This document shows, in pieces, positions 48,408 through 58,002 of a DNA stretch of 64,000 nucleotides (its first letter is position 1; each line of letters starts with the position of its first letter). The stretch is taken from the NCBI GenBank assembly GCA_039028615.1, contig JBCCHT010000017.1, positions 64,001-128,000 on the forward strand, read 5' to 3'. The position numbers and the translations under genes were made by a program. Below the pieces are notes generated by a model. The model saw nothing but the letters and a program-made list of their open reading frames with translations. It did no database searches and had not been told where the DNA came from. Source of the DNA: Myxococcota bacterium (GTDB taxonomy: Bacteria > Myxococcota_A > Polyangia > Nannocystales > Nannocystaceae).

Positions 48408-48949
48408 GGGCCCGTCTCCGCGGTCGAGGGCTGCTCGGCCCCTCCGGTCGTCGGTTCCGGTGACGCAGCGGGGGGCGCCATCAACATGCCCGGAGGCGGA
48501 GCGTCCGCGGCCAGTCCCCGAGACGACGTCCGACCAGACCTGGGCCCCTGCCACTCGGCGGGAGGCAGAGCATCGGCTGCCGCCTGCGAAGGCGATTCGG
48601 GCGAAGGCTGGCCCGTGCTGCTCCGAAACGACGCCTCCGAGCCTTCGGCCTCCTGCGTCGACTTGGCCTGCACGTCCATCCCTCCCTCGTGCCGCGTGTT
48701 GAGCGACCAACCCACGGCGGACGACCCCAGCAGCACGAACAGCAGCCCGGGGGCACTGCCTTTGAGCTTGGCCATCTTGCCGTCGAACTGAAACTCGCCC
48801 TTCACGCCCTGGAGCAGCGACGTGTGCCCCATCCACACGATGAACGCCCCGGCACAGATCCCGAGCACTCGAATCACGCCATTGGAGATGATCGAGGCGA
48901 TCTGGATGTCACGGTTCGCCGGGATCAGCTCCTCGAGTGGAATCGGCAT
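48404..48949 (-). CDS. two-TM hypothetical protein with Pro/Ser-rich tail
   Basis: Hydrophobic segments around GSAPGLLFVLLG. Translationally coupled to the peptidase gene. Confidence 0.65.
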   Translation of the reverse strand: MPIPLEELIPANRDIQIASIISNGVIRVLGICAGAFIVWMGHTSLLQGVKGEFQFDGKMAKLKGSAPGLLFVLLGSSAVGWSLNTRHEGGMDVQAKSTQEAEGSEASFRSSTGQPSPESPSQAAADALPPAEWQGPRSGRTSSRGLAADAPPPGMLMAPPAASPEPTTGGAEQPSTAETGP

Positions 48950-49130
48950 TCTCCATCAGCGTATCAGCTCGACCCCATCACTCTGCAGAACAACTCAGGA
49001 CATGAGTTCGTCAACACAGCCCAAACTCGGCCACTTGGATGAACACCGCCTTTGCCACATCGACGATTCGGTCGTCGAGGCAGAACCCGAAGACCCGCGA
49101 TCCTCGTGTCGTTGTAATCGTATGAAATAT

Positions 49131-49649
49131 CTACGCACGCATCCGCGCGACGACCTCCGCCACGAAAGGGCCTTTGGCCTGCGTATATGCCTCGCGGTCG
49201 TACGCGAACCGTGCCGCGAGGTTCTGCTTGAGCGCGGCATAGCGCCGCCGTAGATCCGCGTCTCGCAACAGGGCACCGCGAAAGAACAGGCGCTCGCGAA
49301 AGAGCCGACTGCTCACGGGGATCAGGTGCACATGATGGGTCCGAACCTCGTCGCTCGGTTTACAAAACCAGTGCATCACGTCCGCTTTGTAGGGCCAGTA
49401 GGTGTAGCCATGCTCAGCCTCGAGCACCGCGATCGCCGGACGGCTGTCGTCGAGGCTCCGCGTGGGCACCATGATGTCGATGACCGGCTTGGCGCACAGG
49501 CCGGGCACCGCCGTGCTGCCCACATGCTCGATGGGACCCGCGAGCCAGCTCGCGAGCGAGACCTGCAGCGCATCGCGCTCGCGCGCGAATCGTCGCGGCC
49601 ACGCGGGGTCGTACTCCACCACTTCCACGCGGTGCGGTTCGTCGCTCAC
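49131..49649 (-). CDS. GrpB family (nucleotidyltransferase-like) protein
   Basis: YDPAWP..F, IEHVGSTAVPGLCAKPVIDI, YAALK..LA, AYTQAK. Confidence 0.93.
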   Translation of the reverse strand: MSDEPHRVEVVEYDPAWPRRFARERDALQVSLASWLAGPIEHVGSTAVPGLCAKPVIDIMVPTRSLDDSRPAIAVLEAEHGYTYWPYKADVMHWFCKPSDEVRTHHVHLIPVSSRLFRERLFFRGALLRDADLRRRYAALKQNLAARFAYDREAYTQAKGPFVAEVVARMRA

Positions 49650-49746
49650 CGCCCGATGCTACCAAGCGGACCCAACCGTCGTTCTGCGGCGATCTGAACG
49701 AAGATGCGGTTTTTTAAGTCGCCGACCTCGCGAAGAGGAGGCCACA

Positions 49747-50286
49747 ATGATCGGCATGAACTATTGGAAGCTTGGATTGATTGGACTGGGAGTGTGGCTG
49801 ACCGCCTGTGGAGACGACGGCAACGCGGGGGACTCGACGACCAGTACGACCTCGGCCGAGACCACCATCGCTGCGACGCCCGCCTCGACGAGCTCGGGCG
49901 CAACGTCGACCACGGGCACGACCGCCCCCGTGGATGGCTCGGGCACCACGACCGGTTCGACGGGCACCACGGGCGACTCCAATGCCGTGGAGACCTGGGG
50001 AGACACCGATGTGGAATCCTGCTCTGGGTTCCCCGAGAGTTCCTGTCAGACCCACCCGCTGTGTTACCCGCTTCGAGGGCGAACGATCGTCGAGACCGAG
50101 GAAGGCGCCTGCTTGGGCCCGGAGGAGTACATCGACTGCTGGCCCAACAACATCCCGTGCGACACCGCGATCACCTATGTGTGTGACCGGATCGATACCC
50201 CGGTGGTGCAGCTGCCATCGGCCTGCATTCCCTGGGAGTGGATGGAGTGCAAGCCGCCCGCCCGGGACCTCGAGCCCTGCCCTTGA
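49747..50286 (+). CDS. small Cys-rich lipoprotein with Thr/Ser linker
   Basis: GAGGAGG RBS, WLTACGDD lipobox and a Cys-rich C-terminal domain. Confidence 0.8.
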   Translation: MIGMNYWKLGLIGLGVWLTACGDDGNAGDSTTSTTSAETTIAATPASTSSGATSTTGTTAPVDGSGTTTGSTGTTGDSNAVETWGDTDVESCSGFPESSCQTHPLCYPLRGRTIVETEEGACLGPEEYIDCWPNNIPCDTAITYVCDRIDTPVVQLPSACIPWEWMECKPPARDLEPCP

Positions 50287-50303
50287 GCTATGGTGGCTCC
50301 GCC

Positions 50304-51035
50304 ATGGGCCACCGCGACGACCAGTACTGGGCGGAGTTTTTCGGGATGGCGCCCGAGGACTGGAGCAGCCGCGGCGTGTCGTTTCGGCCTCATGTGCGGC
50401 TCGCGGGGTTTCGCGGGCTGTGGTGCTTTCGCCGGGCCCAGCGGGTCGTGGTGTCTGCACCACCCGCGTGGGTGAGCACGCTGCGACAGCGATGGGGTCG
50501 GTGGGACCTCGATCGCTTGCTGGACCCGTCGGCGTTGCAAGACTCGCTCGGAGACGACTGCGAGCGGTGCATCGGCCCCGCCTTTCAGGGCTGCCTCGAG
50601 GTCGAGCCTCGTCCCGAGCCCCCGTCGCCCCACGTGCGGCCCGTGACCGCGGCCGACCGGGCCGCCATCGAGAACTTCGAACGACGATGCGGCGCCGAGG
50701 CATGGAGCACGAGCAGCCTGCAAGACGCCACCGCCTTTGCCCACGTCTATGCCGACGGTCCGACGATCACCGCGATGGGCGGCCTCCGGGGCAAAGGCGA
50801 GGGCGTGGGTGATCTGTGTGTCCTCACCGATCCGCACCACCGAGGCCAGGGGCGAGCGACCGCTGCTCTGTCGGCGGTGACGCGCGCCGCCGTGGAGCAT
50901 GGAACCCACGTCCTGTACCAGACGCTCGAGGCCAACGTCGCCGCCGTACGCCTCGCGTTCGCCCTCGGCTTCACCCGCTACGCCAACCACGTCGCGGTTC
51001 GACTCCGACGCGACCGACCCGGCGACACCGCCTAG
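50304..51035 (+). CDS. GNAT family N-acetyltransferase
   Basis: VLTDPHHRGQGRA acetyl-CoA motif, NVAAVRLAFALGF. Confidence 0.88.
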   Translation: MGHRDDQYWAEFFGMAPEDWSSRGVSFRPHVRLAGFRGLWCFRRAQRVVVSAPPAWVSTLRQRWGRWDLDRLLDPSALQDSLGDDCERCIGPAFQGCLEVEPRPEPPSPHVRPVTAADRAAIENFERRCGAEAWSTSSLQDATAFAHVYADGPTITAMGGLRGKGEGVGDLCVLTDPHHRGQGRATAALSAVTRAAVEHGTHVLYQTLEANVAAVRLAFALGFTRYANHVAVRLRRDRPGDTA

Positions 51036-52228
51036 CGGGTCCAGTCGAGCGGGGCGGGAGGGTTGTCCACCGCCACATCGCCGAAGTTGTGCACCGTATC
51101 GAACGTGGCCGGGATGACCGGGGCCCCCGTTCGATCGATGAAGCCGGCCTTGTCCGTGTCGTTGTCGAAGTAGATGGCGCGATCGAAGTGGAAGTCGAGG
51201 GCCCGGAACTCCAGCTCCAGGACCACCGCCCCTTCGCGATCGATGTAGGTCGTTCCCCCTCCGCCCTCGCGGAGCACCGAAGCCCAGCCCTCGGAGAACG
51301 AGCGAACGGCGAAGAACTGCGGCTCGAGGATGACCCGCCCCGTAGTGTCGAGGAGACCCCAGCGCTCACCGACCTTGACGAACATGCGTTCTTCGGAGGC
51401 ATCGGTGATCTCGTCGTACTTCTGCTCCACGACGAAGCGGCCCGTCTTCTCGATCACGCCCACGTGGGCGCCGGGGAGGCCCGCCCACGCCACGCCATCG
51501 TGGAAGTTCCCGCAGGCGTCGTAGCGAACCGGGATGGCGACGGTGCCATCGGGCGTGTACCAACCACACTGGCCCTCGGCGTTTTGGGCACACGCGAGGC
51601 CATCGAAGAACCGGCACAGCTGCTTGAACTCCCCGCGGGGCCAGCTCACGACCCACTTCCCGGTCGAGGTATCGAGCCACCCGAGCGAGGGCTCCCCGTC
51701 CGCCATGCCCACCGCGACGACCCGCCCTTCACGAACGTTACCGACTTCTTCGAAGTCCTTGCCGACCTGGGTGCCGTCGAGCCTCTCGAGGTGCTGCCCC
51801 ATCATCCCCCGCACCGACACCACGCCCTCGCGGGCGTGAACGATGGACGGATAGTCGCGATCGGAGACTTCCTTGCCTTCGGCGTCGATGAGCCGGTACA
51901 GGCCGCCGACCGCGAAATCACGACCGTCGTCCTTCCGAAGCTCGCCCGCGTTCGCGATGACCATCGCCACCCCCGAAGAGAAGGGATACGCCATGTCCCA
52001 GGCCTGCTCACCGAAGGCCGGGCTGCCATCGAGCGTGATGAAGGTCGAGCGCTGGTCGACCCGCACCGCCGCGAGCACGGTGGGACCCGGCGCCTCCGCG
52101 GTCGGCGACTCGGACTCGACCACCACCGATTCGGGCGTCTTCGCGGCGGGCTCGGAGGAGCGCGAACACCCGACGAAGAGCGCCGCCGCGACGCCGAGCC
52201 CATGGATCGCCAGCCGGAGGACACGCAT
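51032..52228 (-). CDS. WG-repeat lipoprotein
   Basis: LFVGC lipobox and repeated F.DG.A.V...WG.ID..G..VI units. Confidence 0.9.
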   Translation of the reverse strand: MRVLRLAIHGLGVAAALFVGCSRSSEPAAKTPESVVVESESPTAEAPGPTVLAAVRVDQRSTFITLDGSPAFGEQAWDMAYPFSSGVAMVIANAGELRKDDGRDFAVGGLYRLIDAEGKEVSDRDYPSIVHAREGVVSVRGMMGQHLERLDGTQVGKDFEEVGNVREGRVVAVGMADGEPSLGWLDTSTGKWVVSWPRGEFKQLCRFFDGLACAQNAEGQCGWYTPDGTVAIPVRYDACGNFHDGVAWAGLPGAHVGVIEKTGRFVVEQKYDEITDASEERMFVKVGERWGLLDTTGRVILEPQFFAVRSFSEGWASVLREGGGGTTYIDREGAVVLELEFRALDFHFDRAIYFDNDTDKAGFIDRTGAPVIPATFDTVHNFGDVAVDNPPAPLDWTR

Positions 52229-52369
52229 GGCCGCAGCCTAGCTCGGGCCTCTCGGAACGCCAATCCGAACCGTCCCACGGCAAGATAGGCCGGTTTCGCC
52301 CTCGACCCCTCCGCCAAGCTCCCCATCGCCGTGTCATCGACTGCGCCCCGCGGGTCAATGGGCTGGGTG

Positions 52370-54097
52370 ATGACCCGTTTTCGAGCCCTCGAATCGAGCG
52401 AGCAGCGCTGGAGCCAGACCCGAGCCCGCGTGTTGGCCGTGTCGACGCTCGTGCTCGCAATCGCGTGCGGAGACGACAGCCAAGCGCCGATGATGGACTC
52501 CGACGAGACCGGCACCGAGGGCACGAGTGCGGGCCTCGAGAGCACCGACGAAGGCATCGCCGACAGCAGCGACGGCTCGAACGACGAGAGCAGCAGCGGG
52601 GGCCCGGCCGAGCCCGAGTACGGACCGTCCTACGCCGTCGTCGTCAGCTCGGGGCCCTCTCTTCCGGTCCTGCAGGTCATCGACGTGACCGAGCCGGGCG
52701 TCGTGCCGGAGCTTCATACCCTGGTCGAACGCACCGCGCCCGACGAGGCGATCCGTGGCGCACTCCAGACCAACACGTGGTCGGCCTACGCGGTCCGCAA
52801 CGGCTTCGACCATCGGCTGGTGCTGCACGATCTCGTCGCGGAGCCCCTGGGGCCCGTGATCGAGGTCGGCGGCCTCCCGGCGGGTGCCCCCACCTTGCAC
52901 ATGGACGAGGCTCGCACCCTCTTGGCCGTGACCGTGGCCGAGTCCGCGGGGCAAGCCGGCGAGGGCTTCATCGTCGACCTCGAGGGCGACCCCAGCACCG
53001 CCGTGCCCCTGCCCGACGCCCCCGATCGCCTCTCGCTGAGGCTGTCGCCCGATGCCCGGTGGCTGTGGGGTTTCGGCAACGACGGCGACCTGCCCGGGCA
53101 GGCATGGGTGGCCCCGATCGTCGACGGTACCCCCGAGCCGTTCACCGCCTTGACCGCCTTCACCGAGCAGGAGCAGACCTACGGTGCGTGGTCCGTGATG
53201 GGTCCCGACAGCGCGCTGTTCGGCGTGGGCCCCGGCAGCTCGGGCCTGGTGCACGCCGACGTCTCGGACTGGCCCGCCACCACGGTCACCGAGCTGTTCC
53301 CCATCGATCCCTCGAGCTGGGGCAACTGGGTCTTCGCTCGAGATGCCTCCCAGGTGATGAAGCTCGACGGCCCTCCCGGCGCCCGCGACTTTCACTTCGA
53401 CGCCGAGCTCGTCTCCGTCGTCGACGGCGTTCCGCAACCGGTGATCGAAATCGATCTTCCGAGCGCCTCGATTCACGAAGCGTTCATCACCCCCGACGGT
53501 GCCTTCGCCTTCTTCACCACCGTGTACCAGGCCGGCCTCGACCAAGTGCAGGTCGCGTGGCTCCACGGCCCCGACCCCGGCACCCCGCAGCCCATCGGCA
53601 CCGTGCCCTACAGTTTTGTGCTTCAGCCCGATCCGGTCCTGCTGCTCGACGGCTGGGCGGTGTGGATCGCGGGCGTCGGCGGCCTGCAGGGTGTGTCGAT
53701 CGACGGCGACACGCTCAGCGCCGCCCAGCAGCTGACGCCGATGAGCGACGTCGTGAGCTCGGTCGACGTCATCGGCCAGCGCGTGTTCTATTCGGTCAGC
53801 GATCCCGCGGGCGCCCACGTGCCCCAGGCCCTGTGGATGCTCGACCTTTCCGGTAGCGAGCCCTCGGAGCCGGTCGCGGTACCGCACCCGCTACCGAAGG
53901 GCATGTCGGCCACGACGGGGTACGCATCGCCGTCGCAGGACCAGTTCTTCTACGGGACCTTCGAATCGGGCGGACCGGGGCAGCTGAGTAACCGGGGCCT
54001 GTGGAGCCGGCACGCCGACACGGCCGGGAGCGAGATGCTGCTGCTCGAGAGCACCGACCTGTGGGGGTTCAACGTCCTGTCGCCGCCGCTTCGGTGA
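52370..54097 (+). CDS. lipoprotein with acidic Ser-rich linker and probable beta-propeller
   Basis: LAIACGDD lipobox, SPDARW/TPDGAF blade-like motifs. Start uncertain. Confidence 0.75.
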   Translation: MTRFRALESSEQRWSQTRARVLAVSTLVLAIACGDDSQAPMMDSDETGTEGTSAGLESTDEGIADSSDGSNDESSSGGPAEPEYGPSYAVVVSSGPSLPVLQVIDVTEPGVVPELHTLVERTAPDEAIRGALQTNTWSAYAVRNGFDHRLVLHDLVAEPLGPVIEVGGLPAGAPTLHMDEARTLLAVTVAESAGQAGEGFIVDLEGDPSTAVPLPDAPDRLSLRLSPDARWLWGFGNDGDLPGQAWVAPIVDGTPEPFTALTAFTEQEQTYGAWSVMGPDSALFGVGPGSSGLVHADVSDWPATTVTELFPIDPSSWGNWVFARDASQVMKLDGPPGARDFHFDAELVSVVDGVPQPVIEIDLPSASIHEAFITPDGAFAFFTTVYQAGLDQVQVAWLHGPDPGTPQPIGTVPYSFVLQPDPVLLLDGWAVWIAGVGGLQGVSIDGDTLSAAQQLTPMSDVVSSVDVIGQRVFYSVSDPAGAHVPQALWMLDLSGSEPSEPVAVPHPLPKGMSATTGYASPSQDQFFYGTFESGGPGQLSNRGLWSRHADTAGSEMLLLESTDLWGFNVLSPPLR

Positions 54098-54115
54098 CGA
54101 CTGAGCCACAAACGA

Positions 54116-54173
54116 ACGAACCCGACGGTCTCCGACCGTCGGGTTCGTGTTCGAGGGAGGTCAGCCTCCCTCG
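54116..54173. terminator. double hairpin between convergent genes (probable bidirectional terminator)
   Basis: ACGAACCCGACGGTC-TCC-GACCGTCGGGTTCGT (perfect 15-bp stem) followed by CGAGGGAGG-TCAG-CCTCCCTCG. Confidence 0.75.
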
Positions 54174-54187
54174 CTCCTACGCCGCGC

Positions 54188-55921
54188 CTACCAGCGGTAG
54201 GTCAGCAACAGCCGCAGGTCGCGGAGGTTCTGGATCCCGACCTGTCCCTGCGCTTCGTTCGGCTCGATCTGCCGGTCACGCCAGATCAGCGTCGTGTAGA
54301 ACACGTTGCGCCACAGGTAGACGTGGGCCGCGACACGGTACTGCAGCTCGCGCAGCTGACGACGCAAGTCCGAGCCGAGCTCGGCGGGGGGATCTTCGAA
54401 TTCGGTGGTGAGGTACTGACCGAAGTCGGCGGCGACCATGAGCCGCTTTTTGATCGGCAGCACGCCGAGCTGGGCGTTGTAGGCGAACTGGTAGTTCTTG
54501 AAGTTGAGCTCCCGCTTCGCGTAGCCCTCGGCCAGCAAGATCAACCGCCGCCAGCGGACCACCGTCTGGATGTTGGCGGCGGGATAGCGCTCCTGCGCCC
54601 GCTGGTCGTACTTGGCACCCACGGCCACCGCGACGGTGGTCGGAGCGGGCGTATAGAGGAAGGGCGAGTCCCAGCGGCTGTAGTAGCCGACGATGTTCAT
54701 CCAGCTCTGCGCACCCACCGACCAGGTGTAGTTGCGGTTGTCGTCGGGGAAGAAGCGACCGCCGATGTTGCCGTTGAAGCGACCGGAGCCGCCGCCGATG
54801 AAGGTGCGGTAGAGGAACTTGCCCTTCTTGTCGAGCGGACCGCCCACCTCGACGGCAGCACCGTTGCCCTGCTCGAAGGCGTTGTAGACGTAGAACGCCG
54901 GGTCGGCGAGCAGGCGCTTGTGCACCGAGCGAACGAGCTCGAGGGAGAGGCCACCGCCGCCGGAGTTGACGTTGAGGTAGTGCCCCTTCTTGCCCAGGGG
55001 AACCTGGAAGAGGGCGAAGGTCATGCGGGGCGTTCGCTCGGCCCGCATGGAGAGCAGGAAGAACGAGTTCTGGATGAAGGGCATCTGCCCCAGCACCCGC
55101 ATCTGGATCGAGCTGAACTGAGTGTCGAAGCGCTCGAACTCGCCGTCGTTGCGCTGGGCCTCGGCGTCGTTCTGGATGACGGCGCTCTGCTCGAGACGGG
55201 CCACGACGGAGAAGCGGAAGTCGCCCTCGCCCTGGCAGACGGTCACCGCGGTGTCGATGCGACAGCCGAGGTCGTTGCAGTCGATGTTGCCGTCGCCGTC
55301 GTTGTCGATGCCGTCGGAGCAGAAGTAGTTGTTGCGCTCACCGTCCGCGTCGCCGCCCACGCCGAGCAAGTCGTCGGGGGTCTGGCCGGGCTCGAGGCCC
55401 ACGGAGCTACCGTCGGTGACGACCTTGGTGCCGCCGGTCGTGGTGGTCTTGGTGTCGCCGCCGGAGGTGCTGGGCGCGGGACCAGCGAGGTCCCAGGAGC
55501 CCTTGCAGGCGTCGGTCTTGCCGCAGTCGAAGTCGTCGCAGTCGACGTAGCCGTCGGAGTCGTTGTCGACCCAGTCGCTGCATCGCGCGTCGTTGTACTC
55601 CTCCTCGCCGTCGGGCTGGCAGGCGGGGTCCTTCTTGCAGTCGGCGTCGCCGCAGTCGAAGACGAGGTCGCCGTCGTTGTCCTGGCCGTCGTCGCAGACC
55701 AGCTCCTTGGGGCGCGGGGTGTGCTGCGCGGGCGAGCTCTGGTCGGGAGCGCTCTGCTCCGGGCTCACCTGGGCGGGGGTGTCGGGCTCGAGCTCCACGG
55801 AGCCGAGGCCGAGCCCGGGACTCCACGGTGACGCATGAACCACGCCGGGCAGTAGCAGGGCGCACAGGCCCAGGCAGCTCAGCCACGAGAAGGGGTGCAG
55901 GGCACTTTGCCTCTGAATCAT
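54188..55921 (-). CDS. outer-membrane beta-barrel (porin-like) protein with three N-terminal CxDGxDNDxDGxxDC repeats
   Basis: Signal peptide (VVHA), 3 repeats, alternating beta-strand pattern, C-terminal LLLTYRW beta-signal. Confidence 0.75.
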   Translation of the reverse strand: MIQRQSALHPFSWLSCLGLCALLLPGVVHASPWSPGLGLGSVELEPDTPAQVSPEQSAPDQSSPAQHTPRPKELVCDDGQDNDGDLVFDCGDADCKKDPACQPDGEEEYNDARCSDWVDNDSDGYVDCDDFDCGKTDACKGSWDLAGPAPSTSGGDTKTTTTGGTKVVTDGSSVGLEPGQTPDDLLGVGGDADGERNNYFCSDGIDNDGDGNIDCNDLGCRIDTAVTVCQGEGDFRFSVVARLEQSAVIQNDAEAQRNDGEFERFDTQFSSIQMRVLGQMPFIQNSFFLLSMRAERTPRMTFALFQVPLGKKGHYLNVNSGGGGLSLELVRSVHKRLLADPAFYVYNAFEQGNGAAVEVGGPLDKKGKFLYRTFIGGGSGRFNGNIGGRFFPDDNRNYTWSVGAQSWMNIVGYYSRWDSPFLYTPAPTTVAVAVGAKYDQRAQERYPAANIQTVVRWRRLILLAEGYAKRELNFKNYQFAYNAQLGVLPIKKRLMVAADFGQYLTTEFEDPPAELGSDLRRQLRELQYRVAAHVYLWRNVFYTTLIWRDRQIEPNEAQGQVGIQNLRDLRLLLTYRW

Positions 55922-55929
55922 CGGTTCGT

Positions 55930-58002
55930 TCACTCCCGCCGTCCGGTCGCGCAGTACCCCAGCTCGGGGCAAACGGTGACCTCGGCGTTGTGGCTGCAAT
56001 CGAAGTCGTCGCAGTCGGTAAAGCCGTCGTTGTCGTTGTCCAGGCCGTCGGAGCAGCGCTGGTCGGTCTCGTCGTTGCTCAGGCCCAGGCTCTCCTGGCA
56101 GACCTGGCGCACGGCGACGTCGTCGTTCTGCGAGCAACCGAAGTCACCGCAGTCGATGAAGCCGTTGCCGTCGTTGTCGATGCCGTCGGTGCAGCTGGCG
56201 ACGTCGTCCTCGAGCACCGCCTCGCACAGCTCGATGAGCTCGGGATCCTCGGTCTGCGAGCACGAGAAGTCGGCGCAGTCGATGAACCCGTCGTCGTCGT
56301 TGTCGATGCCGTCGCTGCACTCCTCGACGCTGTCCTCGGAGGGACACAGGTCCTGGAGCTCGGGATCGGTGCTCATCGAGCACGAGAAGTCGGCGCAGTC
56401 GGCAAAGCCGTCCTCGTCGTTGTCCTCGCCGTCACTGCACTCGGCGACGGTGTCCTCGGCCCCCCCCGCGGGGTCGCCGGGGTTCTTGCCCCCGCCGCCG
56501 TGGATCGGCCCCTGCGGCAGCAGGGTCGCGGCCGAGCCGCACAGCTCCTGGAGGACGGGGTCGTCGCTCATCGAGCAGCCGAAGTCCTCGCAGTCGATGA
56601 AGCCGTTGCCGTCGTTGTCGATGTCGTCGTCGCAGGTCTCGGGGGTGTTCTCTTGCGGGCAGACGTCTTCGATGCCGGGGTCGTTGCTCTGCGAGCACGA
56701 GAAATCCATGCAGTCGATGAAGCCGTCGCCGTCGTTGTCGATGCCGTCGCTGCAGCTCTCGACGCTGGCCTCACAGGCGGCCAGCACGGCGGGGTCGCTG
56801 CTCTGCGAGCAGCCGAAGTCCTCGCAGTCGGTGAAGCCGTTGCCGTCGTTGTCGAGCCCATCGGTGCACTGCGACAGCGAGCTCTCCTCGCCGTTGCAGT
56901 GGGCCATGAAGTCGGCGCCGGGGTTCATCCCGCACTCGGGGTCGTCGCAGTCGAAGAACCCGTCGCCGTCGTTGTCGCGGCCGTCGGAGCAGTCGGCGAG
57001 GGTCTCTTCGAGATCGTCGCAGATGGTCAGGACGTCGGGGTCTTCGCTCTGCGAGCAGTCATCGTCTTCGCAGTCGATGAGGTTGTCGCCGTCGTTGTCC
57101 TGGCCGTCGCGGCAATCGTCGAAGGCGATCTCCTGACACAAGGAGAGCACCTCGGGGTCGTCGCTGCGCGAGCAGCCGTAGTCGGCGCAGTCGATGTAGC
57201 CGTCGAAGTCGTTGTCGAGCCCGTCGCGGCACGCGTCGGGGCCGGTCTCGGGCGGAGCGCAGGCTCGCGTGGCCGCACAGGACTGGTTGTCGTCGCGAGC
57301 CAAGACCGCGCAGCAGTGCTCGCCCACGAGGTCGGGATCGTCCTCGAGCCCCAGGGCCTCCAGCGCCGCGAGGTACTCGGGGCTGTCCTCGATGCACTCG
57401 AGGTCGCAGTCGTCCTCGCAATCGACCTTGCCGTCGCCGTCGTTGTCCTGGCCGTCGCCGCAGCTATCGTTGCCGCCCTCGGCACAGACGTCGACCAGCG
57501 GGCTGCGGCTGCAGCCGAAGTCGCCGCAGTCCATGAACCCGTTGGAGTCGTTGTCGATGCCGTCGCTGCACAGCTCGTTGGTGACCTCGCGCAGGCAGCC
57601 GGTCTCGAAGACGTCCTGGCACTTGCGGTCACCGCAGTCGAACTGACCGTTGAGGTCGTTGTCGACGCGGTCGGAGCACAGGGCGAGCTGATCGCTGCAA
57701 TCGCGCCGGGTCGAGCCGTCCTCGAGGGTGATGGTGGGGCAGCCGAAGGCCGGGTCCTCCGGGGTGTCCACGGGGAACTCGGGGACGATCTCGCCGCAGA
57801 CGGTGCTGAGCGTGAGGCAGTCGGGATCTTGGCAATCGATCAGGCAGTCGCCGTCGTTGTCGAGATCATCGGTGCACGAGAGCTCGTCGTTCTCGTAGCC
57901 GAGAACGGGAAATGGAGGCTCCTCGTAGCACGCGGCACCGATGCCGTACGCTGCGAGCAGGGGCAGGGCCATGCCCGAGAGCGCGCGCCTTATTTGAGAC
58001 AT
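55930..58002 (-). CDS. Cys/Asp-rich repeat lipoprotein (putative Ca/metal-binding, 14 repeats)
   Basis: IGAAC lipobox and 14 counted C-x-D-x-x-D-N-D-x-[DN]-x-x-x-D-C units. Confidence 0.88.
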   Translation of the reverse strand: MSQIRRALSGMALPLLAAYGIGAACYEEPPFPVLGYENDELSCTDDLDNDGDCLIDCQDPDCLTLSTVCGEIVPEFPVDTPEDPAFGCPTITLEDGSTRRDCSDQLALCSDRVDNDLNGQFDCGDRKCQDVFETGCLREVTNELCSDGIDNDSNGFMDCGDFGCSRSPLVDVCAEGGNDSCGDGQDNDGDGKVDCEDDCDLECIEDSPEYLAALEALGLEDDPDLVGEHCCAVLARDDNQSCAATRACAPPETGPDACRDGLDNDFDGYIDCADYGCSRSDDPEVLSLCQEIAFDDCRDGQDNDGDNLIDCEDDDCSQSEDPDVLTICDDLEETLADCSDGRDNDGDGFFDCDDPECGMNPGADFMAHCNGEESSLSQCTDGLDNDGNGFTDCEDFGCSQSSDPAVLAACEASVESCSDGIDNDGDGFIDCMDFSCSQSNDPGIEDVCPQENTPETCDDDIDNDGNGFIDCEDFGCSMSDDPVLQELCGSAATLLPQGPIHGGGGKNPGDPAGGAEDTVAECSDGEDNDEDGFADCADFSCSMSTDPELQDLCPSEDSVEECSDGIDNDDDGFIDCADFSCSQTEDPELIELCEAVLEDDVASCTDGIDNDGNGFIDCGDFGCSQNDDVAVRQVCQESLGLSNDETDQRCSDGLDNDNDGFTDCDDFDCSHNAEVTVCPELGYCATGRRE

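Noticed and set aside
55930..57900. Periodic GTCGTTGTC-type nucleotide repeats resembling an array
   Set aside because: They encode the DND protein repeats in frame. They are degenerate and are not CRISPR repeats.
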